A DNA stretch of 64,000 bases from Octopus sinensis (GCF_006345805.1 NC_043005.1:105710001-105774000); one strand, 5' to 3'; numbered from the stretch's first letter, positions 25,474-39,756 are shown. Notes: generated from the letters alone by a model not told the origin. Numbers and translations: made by a program.

Positions 25474-27654
25474 TTTATATATATATATATATATATATAT
25501 CAACACATATAATACACTATACATGTGTGCTCATATATATATAAAAAATATGTATGTGTATATATATATGTGTGGAGGTTTGTGTTAATGCACATGTATG
25601 TATGTATGTGTGTGTCGACATACCATTATCTCTATCCATGAGATTCTTTTTACACAGTTTTTTTTTTATTATTCCCTTTTTGTGATTTCATAACTACACT
25701 TGTCTGTGTCAATAGATTCAGGAAACTAACTTATAATTACAACAACCTTACATATCAAAATCAATACTGAAAATAATATAGGTTTACATATCATATATGT
25801 ATATTTTTGTGTTATATCATTTGTGTTCAACTTCAAATATATATAATTTTATAGTTTTTATTTCAAATTATCTTATACGTTTCACATCGAGTTTTAAAAA
25901 TTTCATTAACAAATAAAAAGTTAAAGAAACTGCCTAAAAACATAACATAAAACTGAGAGATTTTTTTTGTTCCATAAACAAGCATGTGCATGTATCTCCA
26001 TATATATATAGAGAGATGTGTGTGTGTGTGTGGTGTGTGTGTGTGTGTGAGCAAATACATGATTACACATACTCAAGTGATGTAGAAATCATCAAACATG
26101 AATTTCATATGCATGTATGTATACATGTGTGCATGTGTCAGTCAAGGGTTCTATTTTAGAGACATACACACACACACACACATGTATATGTATGCATGTG
26201 TGTGTGTGTGTGTCTTTCAAAGATTTTATTTTAGACACATACATACACTCACACATGCATATGCACATTTATAGGCATGCATATGCAGTTGTAAATATGA
26301 TTATGTGTGTGAATAAATGTGCGTATATAAATGTGTGTATGTGTGTAAATATATATATATATACATGTACACAGTTTAAAAGATGCTATTCCAAATGATT
26401 TAATGACTCAATGGCAGATCTTTAATTTACAACATGGTGATTTAAATGCAAATTCCAACATGTATATTATTTATGCCAAAGGATTGGGGCATGTCCCACT
26501 GTATACACTGGATAATAAAGCATTAGATATATGGATATGTGTGTGTATATACATACATTATATATATATAATATATACACGCATACACACATATATACAT
26601 ACACACATACATGTATATATATATGTATGTTTGTATTTCTGTATGCGTTACTGAGTGCAAGTGTCAATATTTTCGCATGTACACATAAACACAGACATAC
26701 ATAAATAAGCTAACAAGTTTTTTTATAAAATGAAAAATAAAAACCCCCAAAAATACCTGCTACTGTTTTCTTCTCTGAAATTAATATTAGTTCTGAGATA
26801 ACATAAGAAAAAAAGAATTGGTTAATTCAAGAGTTGATGGGTGGGATAGTAAAAATTGTACAAATTAACAGATACATGCACATCTGCACTAAAACATACG
26901 TATACACACACATACATATATATATCTGCATATGTGTATATATAATGATATATGTCTATGCGCATCTATATATATATATATACATATGTTTGTGTATGTA
27001 TACATATATAATATATAATATATATATATATATACACATATATATATACATATATATATATTTGATATTCACATGCACATAAACCTTGTTAGAATTAAGA
27101 TGCATACAAATATATGCACATAGTTGCACAGCCAATATGTATATACTCACCCATATACAAACTGATTATTACATTTATTCAATCACACATACACTTAAAA
27201 AGCAACTCATATATATATATATATATATATACATACGCAAAGCCCTTTGCTTTCAGAAAAAAATATTTGTTGTCTTTACATAAATTATAGTTTTTTTTTT
27301 ATTATCAGTTTAAATTATTATTATTATTACTTTTTATATTGAATTTATATCGATTTTTGCAGTTGTTATTTATTACATAATATTTTTTTAGAAGTACATA
27401 TCAGGATCAATACTGTTTTGAAAATCTTGGTTGAATATTTTATTTATATACACTAAATTAATCTCTGTGTATGAAACTGAATGTTTAAATGAACACATGA
27501 AGATATGTATGTACACACACCACACACACACTCACACACACATTATGCATATGTATTAAGTATACATATATATGCATTATGTATATGTATTAAGTATACA
27601 TATATATAAATGTGTGATTGCACATAGGTGTATATGCACATGCATACATATTCT

Positions 27655-27756
27655 ATCTATCTGTCTGCCTATCTATCTATCTATCTATCTATCTACCTAT
27701 CTATCTATCTATCTATCTATCTATACACACACGCACACACACGCACACACACACAC

Positions 27757-27797
<41 letters not shown>
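27655..27797. repeat. (TCTA)n + (CA)n compound microsatellite
   Basis: Direct repeat run. Confidence 0.92.
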
Positions 27798-27800
<3 letters not shown>

Positions 27801-28183
27801 AAGTGTATGCATATAGTAATACGTCTATCATGCAGTTTCTACCACACAATTCTGCTCTAAATATGTTGCCTACCACAACTGATAAATATGACTTGGGAAT
27901 TTGTTTGCTTTGCAGAGTTCTTAGATTTTCTTCTTTCAAACACAAAAATTATAAAAATGCATCATTTTATTGAAGTTTTAACTGACAACATATTATCGTA
28001 TGACTTTTTTTATTGTAATTTTTGTTGTTGATAGCGGGGGAGGAGTAACTGGTGGTGGTGGTGGGGGAGGAGATGATACTAGAAAAGATGTTACTGTTGC
28101 TAGTGGTAGTGATGATGGCTTTGGTGTTATTAAAAGGAGTGCTTTGTGGTGATGGTGCTGGTGGTGGCAGTGCTGATGGTTAA

Positions 28184-28412
28184 AGGCGGCGACCTGGCAG
28201 AAACGTTAGCACGCGGGCAAGATGCTTAGCGTATTTCGTCTGCCGCTACGTTCTGAGTTCAAATTCCGCCGAGGTCGACTTTGCCTTTCATCCTTTCGGG
28301 GTCGATTAAATAAGTACCTGCTACACACTGGGGTCAATGTAATCGACTTAATCCGTTTGTCTGTCCTTGTTTGTCCTCTCTGTGCTTAGCCCCTTGTGGG
28401 TAGTAAAGAAAT
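28184..28412 (+). mobile_element. SINE family A
   Basis: Full head, body and tail. Confidence 0.9.
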
Positions 28413-28639
28413 AGATGGTGGTGATGGTGGTGGTGGTTGCAGGCGTGATGGTGGTAATGGTGGTGATGACTGTAGTAGTGGTAGTGGAAATGTTATCAGA
28501 AGAGTTTGTTTCATTTTATATTTATACATACCGTCCAACCCATGCCAGCATGGAAAACAGACAGTAAATACTGCTGCTGCTGCTGCTACTGGTGACATGC
28601 TCACATGCACATATCTCTTTATTGTTTCTAGTTTCACTC

Positions 28640-28750
28640 ACTGGATTGTGGCCATGCTGGGGTTCTGCCTTGAGGAGTTTACTCAAACAAATTGACCTCG
28701 GGACTTATTTATGTAAAGTCTTGTACTTATTCTTTTGGTCTCTTTTCCTG
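28640..28750 (-). mobile_element. SINE family B tail fragment
   Basis: Reverse complement of the tail, back to back with the next copy. Confidence 0.65.
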
Positions 28751-28769
28751 AACTGCAAAGTTACAGGAA

Positions 28770-29165
28770 CATAGTGGCTGAATGGTAAGAAGCTTGCTTT
28801 CCAACCACATGGTTCCGGGTTCAGTCCCATTGCATAGCTCCTTGGGCAAGTGTCTTCTACTATAGCATCGGGCCAACCAAAGACTTGTGGGTGGATTTGT
28901 TAGAGGGAAACTGAAAGATGGTCGTACATATAAGTGTGTGTGTCTACGTATATGTTTGTCTTTGTCACTCCACCATTGCTTGACAACTGATGTTGGTGTG
29001 TTTATGTCCCTGTAACTTAGCAGCTCTGCAAAAGAGCCTGATAGAAGAAGTACCAGGCATACAAAGTATTAGTGCTGAGGTCGATTTCTTCAACTAAAAT
29101 CCTTTAAGGCAGTGCTCCAGCATGGCTGCAGTCTAATGGCTGAAACAAGTAGCAGAATAAGAGAA
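28770..29165 (+). mobile_element. SINE family B
   Basis: Head to tail (ggcagtgctccagcatggctgcagtctaatggctgaaacaag). Confidence 0.88.
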
Positions 29166-29459
29166 TAACAGAAAGCCAACATGTTTATCAAATGGTGTGG
29201 AGACAAACATAAAGACACATACATTTATATCTACACACATAAATATATATATAACTCACTCATACAAACACACACACTTACACACACTCGCATGCACACA
29301 CTCATGAGTTAGCACATAAATGCAAAACAAGATGGAAAAAATAGTAATCAAATACCAAAGGCAGAGTAATATGCTTTTATTAAAGGTGTAAAAGAATTTC
29401 ACAAAAAATAAATTCATCATGTTTCATGTTGCGGTTTGTCAGTTGTGATACATTGGTGT

Positions 29460-29584
29460 ATATAATATAGAATATATATATATATAGATAATATATATAT
29501 ATATATATATATACTATACATACATATATATATATATATTATATATATAATATATATATAATATAGAATAATATAACATATAAT

Positions 29585-29620
<36 letters not shown>

Positions 29621-29644
29621 GATATATATTATAATACATACTAT

Positions 29645-29678
<34 letters not shown>

Positions 29679-29680
29679 GC
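29460..29680. repeat. (TA)n-rich microsatellite
   Basis: Direct repeat run. Confidence 0.9.
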
Positions 29681-29684
29681 AAAT

Positions 29685-31265
29685 GAAAGACAGAAGATGG
29701 AATATACGAGGTTTTATTTTTAAACATGACAATTGTTTTGACACATCAAGCGTCAATTCCTCTCGAGTGGGACACTCAACAACTGTTTCAGGAGCATCCA
29801 GTGGTGCAGATGTATCTCATCAGGTGATAAATAATTACAGCTCATTAAAATGACTGTTCCAGACGGAGGAAATATCTTCATTTATATAGAAGATCAAAAA
29901 TAAAATCACAGATAGCAAAAAGAGAAACTAACAAGCAATCCACCGAGAAAAGTATTAAAAATAACCGTTAACAGATTGGGCAAGCTGTATGGTGTGAGTA
30001 CACCTGCTCATACAAGCATCTGCAAAAAATGTGAGCATACGCACACGTGAGTTTTGGTGCACTCATGATCACAAAGCGAGTTAACTGTCTGCTTGGTGTT
30101 TATAAGAATGTGGAGGTTAAAAGTAAACTTAAGTCATCCTTACCTTAAAGTAAATTAAATTAAGTTAACGGTTACTTAAAATTCATTCTCGTTGCATTGT
30201 GCGAAAGTACATTTATATGCATGTAGGCATCTCGAGAGTCGTTCAGAAGTTCTGTTAATTATTTTCTCGTTAGTCCACAGAATAGACAGGGATTCCTTGG
30301 AGCAGAGACGGCATCTCCTGGAAATTATATTGTATGGTTTTGCATACCTTACTATGGACCAATTAATGCTGTACTTCATTTTATCCTCCTTCAATCACCA
30401 AACAAAATCTACCAAAGATGTTGAATGTCTCTTATTGTTTGTCTTAAAGCTGGCAACATGGTTACAATAAAGATTCTTAAATGAATCAGCCATCTGCCCA
30501 ATGTAAATGTAGAGCCCTCCCCTTGTGTGCACGGTACATTTATATACAAGATTTGTACTCATACAGAGATCCATCAAAGGACATTTTGATTTTTCTCTGC
30601 ATGAGGATTTATCATATTTATTTGTATATAAGGCAGTCCTGACTCCATTAAACAGCATTGTTACCATACTCACTGTATCATGAGTATTTCTACTTCCACA
30701 AATTGGTCGTAGTTGGTGTTTATCAATGTGGTTTACATCTCCTTGGTTGGTATTTACACGAAAATGTTCCCTAGATCCAGTAGGTGTGTTATTGAACCTT
30801 TGCCGCATTTTGCTACTGTTTATCCAATGCATAAGCCGCTCTAAATTAGCAGAGTTGGTGTAGGATACCTTCACAGTGTGTCAATTAAAAATAGCATGAT
30901 ACCAATTAGATTTAGGAAGACACTTGTCCAAAGCATCAAAACATTTTCCAGCGATCTTGGTTGAAACATGTGAGCCGAAAATCGGGTTGAATCAGAGGAC
31001 ATCCTGATTCCAATATCTGTTGTAAAGCTTATTTGATCGAGTGTGTTGTACAGGATTGGAACAAGCAGATGGATTATTATGTTGCATGTGCCTATGAGTT
31101 TTTGTTGGTAGTTCATTGATATGATCAATTCTTTCTGGCCTGTATTCTTTATCTGAGTGAGTTCTCAAATGGTGACGTTGTGGTGGTATACAATGTGCTT
31201 TACAGTTGGAGGAATTACCAGTGTTTTGTATGCCTGCTTCTTGTATATATTGAATTTTTTTCATG
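29685..31265 (-). mobile_element. Penelope-like retroelement remnant (linker + GIY-YIG endonuclease + 3' region)
   Basis: Broken ORFs read ...FNP.FS...TVKVSY...CREKSKCPLMDLC..TNLVYKCTV...YIYIGQMADSFKN.Y.NH...FVW*LKEDKMKYSINWSIV..AKPY...RCRLC.KE, the C-terminal GIY-YIG architecture of PLEs; a degenerate hammerhead lies downstream. Confidence 0.88.
29771..29830 (-). ncRNA. Degenerate hammerhead motif in PLE 3' region
   Basis: Minus strand TCAC-CTGATGA-GATACATC...GATGCTCCT-GAAAC-AGTT-GTTGA; core intact, stems only partly paired. Confidence 0.45.
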
Positions 31266-31327
31266 GTACCCAGCCCTAGCTATATATTTCTTTTGTTTTG
31301 CGAGTACTTGGTGAAACTTCCAGTGCA

Positions 31328-31586
31328 GGTGCCACTTAAAAGTGGTTGGTGTTTGGAAGGGCATCCAGCCGTAAAAACCTTGCCAAAACTAACCTTGCCT
31401 GTGCTTGTGCCACGTAAAAAGCACTAAGTCCATTCGGCTGAGTGGTTGGTGTTAGGAAGGGCATCCAGCTGTAAAAATCCTGCCAAAACAGTTACAGGAG
31501 TCTGGTGCAAGCTTCTTCCTGGCTGGTTCTTGTTAGACCATCACACTCATGCCAGCATGGAAGGTGGACATTAAATGAAGATGATC
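31328..31586 (+). mobile_element. Family C repeat (RTE-type 3' end with (GAT)n tail)
   Basis: gagtggttggtgttaggaagggcatccagctgta...catgccagcatggaa...atgatc; contains two partial units. Confidence 0.8.
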
Positions 31587-32250
31587 ATATATGTATGTAT
31601 GTATGTATGTATATATGTATATATATAAAGATAGATATGAGTGTATATATATGTGTGTGAGTGTATGTGTGTATGTGTGTGTATGTGTGTGTAACAGTGG
31701 ATGTGTGTATATTTCATGTTATAGCTACCCAGGTAGCTGACATTTTACACAGGTGGTACATCATTTCAAGAAACTAATCATAGGCTGTGTGAATGCTATT
31801 GAAACTGGTTTTAACTTTTTCTAACCTGCAAACAGATGAAAAGAAAAAAAATTCCAAGGCTATTGTATTCTTACAAACACTGCAGTAAACATTAAGAGAA
31901 AATTCATTGATTGGAAAAATAATCCCTTTCAAATATTTTATGAGAATTAGTAAAAAACTTTTGAAAATATTTGTATCTTTTCTCAAGTACAGCATTTTTT
32001 ATTTACACAATCTTATAAAACTCACCTTGAACCAACTTCTGGATGATTTGGAATTAAATGACATTTGTCAACATCTTTTAATGGTGTTATTCAAAAATTT
32101 AGAGGTTCCATGCAATAATATATGATCTGGATATTAATTAGCCTGGGTAAGGTGTTGTATTGTAGCTCAGGTGTGTACAGGTTTGTGTATCAATAAGAAA
32201 ATCGTATGTGTATATGTGCATGTTTGTGTATGTGTGTGTGAATATATATT

Positions 32251-32291
<41 letters not shown>

Positions 32292-32528
32292 TATCATTAT
32301 CATCATCGACGTCATTGTTATCATCATCATCATTTAACGCCCACTTTCCGTGCTGGCATGGGTTTCACTTAGAACTGGCAAGCCGGGAGGCTGCACCAGA
32401 TTCCAATCTGATTTGGCAAAGTTTCTACAGCCCTTTCTAACACCAACCACTCTGAGAGTGTAGTAGGTGTTTTTATATGCAACTTGGCATCGGACACACT
32501 CGAATGGTGCTTTTTATGTGCCACCAGC
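32251..32528 (-). mobile_element. Family C repeat with long (CAT)n tail
   Basis: Reverse complement of family C preceded by a (CAT)n tract. Confidence 0.8.
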
Positions 32529-32579
32529 ATGCTTCTCTAAATTTCCTTTCTTTCTCTCTCTGTGACATCATCTTGGTTT

Positions 32580-33215
32580 TTTTGTTTCATCAGCATAGCT
32601 AGTGACAGTGGCTGTCTGAGTGACTGTGGGCATGTCTAAGAGGGCTAGCATGAACAGTAATGGCCCCAGAACAGTTTCCTGTGGAATACCACTTGAAATT
32701 TCAGTTCCCTCAGAGAGGGCACCGTTGGCTGCATCTACTTGACTTCTGCTTTTATGGAAGCCATGCAGCCACTTTCCCAGTTTACCAGCAATGCCAAGGT
32801 CTCATAGTTTATGACATATCATACCATGATCTACCTTATCAAATGCTTTTTTGCAAAGTCAAGGTATCTGAGATCTGAATGGTGAAACAGCTGTCTCAAA
32901 ACCGAGTCACAGTGCTGTAGGAGTTGTGTGAGGCAGCTTCTTCCTGGACGGAAGCCATGCTGTGTATTGTTCATTTGGCCATTTTCTTCTAGGAACATTA
33001 TCAACTTCTTTCTGATGATTTGCTTTATGGCTTTACTGATATGTGAGGTCAGAGAGATTGGCACATAGTTTTGGGCCTCTGCTCTGCTTCCACCTTTGTG
33101 GATAGGGCATATAATGTCTTCTTCCAGCTTTTTAGGAAGTTTACCACTTGCATGGAAACTTTGGAAAAGTATCTGAATTGGTTTCATTAAAGCTTGCTCA
33201 CATGACTTCAGAATA
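32580..33215 (-). mobile_element. CR1-type LINE reverse-transcriptase remnant
   Basis: PIHKGGSRAEAQNYVPISLTSHISK...QHGFRPGRSCLTQLL...YLDFAK, then in a shifted frame SGIPQETVLGPLLF...TSYADETK (YADD-like). Confidence 0.92.
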
Positions 33216-33378
33216 GTTGGGAAGCCATATTTACAAGCAACAATGATGATGACACCTATGTATATTTTGTATATTAAGCCAAAATGTTTTATTTAGTTTA
33301 TTTGTATCATTATCTCTCTCTCTATCTCTATCTCTTTCTATCTATCTGTCTGTCTGTCTCTGTGTGTGTTTATATATG

Positions 33379-33438
<60 letters not shown>

Positions 33439-33446
33439 TTATTTAT

Positions 33447-33850
33447 ATAGGCACAGCATGTTTGTGTGGTAAGAAGCATGTCTTCCAACCTCATGGTTCC
33501 AGATCCAGTCCCACTGTGTGGCACCATGGGCAAGTGTCTTCTACTATAGCCACGGGCTGACCAAACCCTTGCGAGTGGATTTGGTAGAGGGAAACTGAAT
33601 GAATCCTGTCATATATATATATGTATGTGTGTGTGTGTTTGTGTGTGTGCATGTGTGTGTGTTTGTCCCCACCACCATCACTTGACAACGGATGTTGGTG
33701 TGTTTTCGTCCTTGTAACTTAGCGGTTCAGCAAAAGAGACTGATAGAATAAGTACTAGGTTACAAAGAATAAGTCTTGGGGTTGATTTGTTTGACTAAAA
33801 GTAGTGCTCCAGCATGGCCACAGCCAAATGACTGAAACAATTAGAAGAAT
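33447..33850 (+). mobile_element. SINE family B
   Basis: Full head to tail. Confidence 0.9.
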
Positions 33851-33885
33851 AACAGAATATATACATGTGTACGCAATAAAGTAGA

Positions 33886-33926
<41 letters not shown>

Positions 33927-34132
33927 CACACTTATATGTAACAAAGTAGACCATTTACAACAAAAGCATTCAATGCATATACGTTCAGTGTAATTTATAT
34001 TTTTACAAAGAAAAGTTGATAGTTACTGCAAAATTTTTCTGGCAGCCGGTTTCATCTGTAAGATTGCAGCCATCGGCCACCAGCAAAACTTCAAAGTAAC
34101 TGTCATATAACACACACACACACATGCATGCA

Positions 34133-34173
<41 letters not shown>

Positions 34174-34652
34174 TAGGTGTGTGAGAAGAGTTTAGTCACA
34201 ACTTCAAAGAATAAAATACATAAAAAGCCAGTATATTTTGGATAAAATCTTGTGTCAGTATGTAAATTTCTCAATAAATGTGAGAGAATCTATGTTTATA
34301 TATTCACACATACACGCTCAAGTCTTTACACATATACACACACTCATATAAATAGATATGTGTATACACATGTGTATGTATGTATGTAGGCATTGAAAGA
34401 AATCTATTTTCTTAAATTCAACTGAATACATTAAACGCCTTTCCATGTGCCAACACAGCAAGCTATCAATACTATTATACATTTACGCACACAAGAATAT
34501 CCTTCAAAACTCCTGTCCAATCCTCCCCCCCCTCCTTTCTCCCCCGTCCCCACATTTTAAAATAACTCTTTATATCATAATTCTTTATTTATTACCACTA
34601 CTCCCATGCATCTATGCAGTAAATCTATGGATAATTATTCAGTTATAAGCAT

Positions 34653-34699
<47 letters not shown>

Positions 34700-35193
34700 C
34701 ATCTAACCAGTTAACATTCCTATTTTTAGGGAGTCACACACACCTTTGAACTTAAGAAGGAAAAGTGGAAAAACATGGAGAGAAAATTAAAATTACAAAA
34801 GCAACAAAGATAAGGAAATTATGTTTTGAAAGTTCTCAGCATATAGAAATTATATATTTGAAATAAAAAAGCAAAAATCGACACCAATAACAACAAAGAT
34901 CGTGATACAGAGATTAGAAGAAGAAAACCAAGATATTTTCTTTTTTATCTCAGGCTTTAAAAACATTTTGAGAAAATAGTAGAATATAAGTGTGACCTTT
35001 TGTAACTAATGGTCGAAACTGATCTCTCTACTCACACCTCTAAATATATTCATGTAGAATGCATTACTTATTGAAAGATTTTGATAAAAAAAGGGAAAAT
35101 CTCTTTGTAAATGCAATACAATATACATATTACCTTTCCTTGAGAAGATTTACAATTAACACGGTTTAAGTAACATCAGTTAGCTGCAATGTA

Positions 35194-35581
35194 GTAGTAG
35201 GAAGCACTCCGTCGGTTACATTGATGAGGGTTCCGGTTGATCCGAATCAACGGAACAGCCTGCTCGTGAAATTAACGTGCAAGTGGCTGAGCACTCCACA
35301 GACACGTGTACCCTTAACATAGTTCTCAGGGATATTCAGCGTGACACAGAGAGTGACAAGGCCAGCCCTTTGAAATACAGGTACAACAGAAACAGGAAGT
35401 AAGAGTGAGAGGAAGTTGTGGTGAAAGAGTACAGCAGGGATCACCACCATCCCCTGCCGGAGCCTCGTGTAGCTTTAGCTGTTTTCGCTCAATAAACACT
35501 CACAACGCCTGGTCTGGGAATCGAAACCGCGATCCTATGACCACGAGTCTGCTGCCCTAACCACTGGGCCATTGCGCCTCC
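35194..35581 (-). mobile_element. Full-length tRNA-derived SINE (OR-like head, tail type X) with 12-bp TSD
   Basis: A and B boxes intact; (CTA)n tail; direct repeat AGCTGCAATGTA at 35182-35193 and 35582-35593. Confidence 0.95.
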
Positions 35582-35644
35582 AGCTGCAATGTATTACCAT
35601 GTACAAAAGAGTATATATTACTAATCTACAGTTTTGTACTTTAT

Positions 35645-35818
35645 GTCTGCCGTTACGTTCTGAGTTCAAATTCCGCCGAGGTCGACTTTACCTTTCATCC
35701 TTTCGGGGTCGATAAATTAAGTACCAGTTACGCACTGGGGTCGATGTAATCAGCTTAATTCGTTTGTCTATCCTTGTTTGTCCCCTCTGTGTTTATCCCC
35801 TTGTGGGTAATAAAGAAA
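35645..35818 (+). mobile_element. Headless SINE family A unit
   Basis: Begins at gtctgccgttacgttctgagttcaaattcc with no A box. Confidence 0.88.
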
Positions 35819-36974
35819 CAAACTTATAAGAAAATAATGATACTTTTGTATATTTGTTCACTTTAACTGGTCCCTTTAGATCTTGTTAAATGTGTGTAAT
35901 TGATACACATGTACACAGGTGTGATTGTATGCACCTACCACTGTCACTTAACACAATTTGTTCTTAAGCATCACCATCTTTATTACTACTCATTGCTAAT
36001 CCACCATGCTCCTCATAACCTCCCATATTCAATCACTGTCTCATCAATCAACATGTAGTTGACTATCACTGTCTCCCTTCCATTACTCCCTTCCTTGCAA
36101 TTCTCCAACTCCTGCCATTCTTTCTGCTATCACATTCTTGATCATCAATCTCTTTTCTATTTATACCTTGATCACATTTTCAGAATTGTTGTAGCTACTC
36201 AGGGAACAAATCAAATACCCTATAACTGATGCCATGACAAATACCCTATGTAAAAGTGTAAAAGGGACAAAAGAACAAAAAGTATCCCATTTAAAATTAA
36301 AATGCATCCAGTATAGCCTGTAAAGCAGCTGGCACTAGGAAGGGTGTCATACCACTGAAATCTTGTGGAAAATCGTAGGTACAAATGAGCTATGATCTAT
36401 CAATCCGTCGAGAATGCAGTATCCCCAAGTAAGTACCAACTATCAATAACACTATGTCTATCTAGATAGAAAAATACATATCTAGATAGACAACTGACCA
36501 CACATGCAATATCATTTGATCCGCTCTAGACATGGAAAGGATATTGCTGTACCATATCACTGAATGAACTTTACGTCTAGGCTTCATTGTCAGTTAAACT
36601 TAATTGAGGAAATGTTTATGTTGCAATGAGATCCCAGTGGCTGAAATTTCAGGTCCAAGCTATTAAATGTTTGTAAACATGCATTATGGTATCTTTTGGT
36701 TTACTATAAACGCCCTTTCAAACAATATGCAATTTTTTTACTTTCAGCTTGATAAACATTTGTGAGGCAACTTTGAGCATCCTTAAACTCTTTTTTAAAG
36801 AGCTTTCTCTGTTTTAAACTCTCTCACATACCTCTCCACATAATGTGCTTCTGCTTTAAATGCATCTCTTGGCAATATTCCCACTTCATGATCTAAGGAA
36901 CATTTCTCATCGATTACATGTCCCCACAAAACAAACTAAGGACGAATCATGACCAAGGCTTGCAAAATACAGGA

Positions 36975-37223
36975 AAATAACGATTCTCTTCAGTGCCCTA
37001 TCAAATAACGATTCTCTTTAGTGCCCTATCAAATAATGATTCTATTCAGTGCCCTATCAAATAACCATTCTCTTTAGTACCCTATCAAATAATGATTCTC
37101 CTCAGTGCCCTATCAAATAGCGATTCTATTCAGTGCCCTATCAAATAAGGATTCTATTCAGTGCCCTATCAAATAACGATTCTATTCAGTTCCCTATCAA
37201 ATAACGATTCCCTTCAATGCCCT
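36975..37223. repeat. 28-bp minisatellite, ~9 copies
   Basis: Unit AAATAACGATTCTCTTCAGTGCCCTATC repeated head to tail with a few substitutions per copy and no spacers. Confidence 0.95.
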
Positions 37224-37770
37224 TGCTTTCCATTTTTACTTGCTATTATCATTTCTTCTTGTCATGAATTTCTCTGCTTTATGATTTGAAATCTAAGATC
37301 TTCTCTATCCTGATGGAGGTTCGATTTATTCAAAGTTGATTACTTCCATTACGACCGCATATTGTGATGAACTACATCTGTCAACATTATGATAGATCTC
37401 TAAGCCCCTAGAAACAGCTGTTGGACTTATAACACCTTTCTTCCCCACCTTTAATTTTCTCTGTTGCTTGTACTCTGTGTAAGCTGGATCTATTAATATA
37501 AATATCCATACATTTATACTTAAATATTCATCGTCTGAAAGTCTCCACCTTTTAGTTTCTCTTGTTTTGCATGTATACATATATACATATTTTGTATTTC
37601 ATACCCAACCTGTTATATTTAATATATCTGTTCAACTTGATCCCTCTTATAGCCATTCTTTACCCCATGGAATTGGCCCCTTTAAAGACATCAGAGTCTC
37701 AATTTCAATCATTTGAGCACTATAGAGTGTCTTCTATCCTGAGAATCTCTGATTCTCATTTGTGGACTAC

Positions 37771-37838
<68 letters not shown>

Positions 37839-37849
37839 AATGGTGTCAC

Positions 37850-38070
37850 ATAATAAAGCACCTGTGTTAGTGTGATGTAAAGAGCATCCATGCTGGTATA
37901 GCATAAAAACCACCTGTGCTGATGCCATGTAAAAAAGCACCCAATACACTCTCTATAGTGGTTGGCATTGAAATTTTGCCAAAACAGACAACTGAAGCCC
38001 AGTGTTGCTCTCTGGCTTACCAGCTCCAGCCAAACATGGAAAATGGAGTTAAATGATGATGATGATGATG
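37850..38070 (+). mobile_element. Family C repeat (diverged)
   Basis: taaaaagcacc units, gtggttggcatt, catggaaaatggagttaaatgatgatgat tail. Confidence 0.75.
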
Positions 38071-39499
38071 GAATATATATCATAATCACCATTTTACATT
38101 CTCCTTCTGTGTTGGCACGGAATTTACTGTGCAACTGGAACCAGTGAGACGGAGATTGGTGTCATATTCCAGTGTCTCAGTTTTGGCATAATTTTAAAGC
38201 TGGATGTCTTTTGTTATGGCACCAGCCCTGGAGTGGTTACCTTGCAACTTGCAGGACTAAAAGGCCTCAACACACTGACAGAGACAACAGGAGAATGGAC
38301 AGTGGCTTTAAATGAGGCATTGATAAGATAAAGTACAATGGCAGGGACAGGGTTTTTGATGTGAGAGAGTATCAGTTGCGGAGAGATTAACAGAGACAGT
38401 CTTAGGGAAGGGAGTAATGTATATACGGCACAGCATGAGAGTACACCTGTTGATGCAAGTCTAACGAAGCCCTGCTCTACTGTAGAAAGCTAAAAATATT
38501 ACATAACTTTTCACAGGAAACATTTGCATGCAAAGGCACTAAAAACAGAAGGATACTGAAATAATCAGCACAACTGGTTATTAAAGTTGTGATAAACTCT
38601 TTCTTTGTCTCCTTATTTGGATTGTGTGTGTGTTTGTGTATGTGTGTGTGTGTGTGTATATGTATATACATAGGTACATATATATGTATGTATATATCTA
38701 TGTATATATATATATATGTATATATATGTATAAGTGTATGCGTACACACATACATACATATGTATATATACATATATACATATACACACACACAGACACT
38801 CACACACACACGCATGCAGCGTGTCACAAAAAGGGGCCTATACACACTACACACCTTTATTAATAAATCTGTTTTCAGTGTTCTTTTTGAGAGTTACTCA
38901 TTATTTCCTAATGCTTGGCTATGATAACAACAACACCAATAACAGTAGCAACAACAACAACAATAATGGCATTGATGATGATTATACCCATAATAATAAT
39001 AACCATCATCATCATCATCATCATTGCTATCATTGTGATATTGAGCACCAGTTTCTCCCTCTGCAGTGGTAATAAACTAACGAAACAATGAGACAGCTGA
39101 ACATTCATAAATGATGCATCTCTGATATAGATTTAATTTAGTAGTCACTTGCTTTTGTTTATTTATTTTGTCTGTTTTGTTTGTTTGATTGTAAATGAGC
39201 TGTTTTGTTGGTTTGTTGTTTGTGATAAATTGGTCTACAGCTCTTGCTGGGCAGATGTAGTGACTGAAGAGGACGTGAGAGAGAAGAGGAACATTGGTGG
39301 TGGTGGTGGTGGTGGTGGTGGCGGTGTAGGGTGGTAAGAGAAAGAATGGTCATAGGCACACACACACACACATAAGCATACAAAGGCAGATAGGTATAGA
39401 AAAATATTAACATCTACACATTCACACACACACACACACACACACAAATATATAATTAGACATTCATGTGTAACTATATATTTAGAATGAGTGACACGC

Positions 39500-39566
39500 A
39501 TACATATGGAACAATAACATACATACATACATATATATATATATATTTATATACATATATATATAT

Positions 39567-39606
<40 letters not shown>

Positions 39607-39632
39607 ATATATATATATATATATATACACAC

Positions 39633-39671
<39 letters not shown>

Positions 39672-39756
39672 TATGTATATATATATATCTATATATCTCT
39701 CCCTCTCTCTCTATATATATATATACATATAATATATATACATACACACACACACA

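Noticed and set aside
30395-30397. In-frame TGA in the Penelope-like ORF as selenocysteine
   Set aside because: It falls at W-x-LK, not at a conserved Cys position. A point mutation such as CGA>TGA in a decayed copy is simpler, and no SECIS was identified.
36975-37223. Possible CRISPR array (28-bp repeat)
   Set aside because: Units are contiguous with no spacers, there are no cas genes, and the context is eukaryotic.
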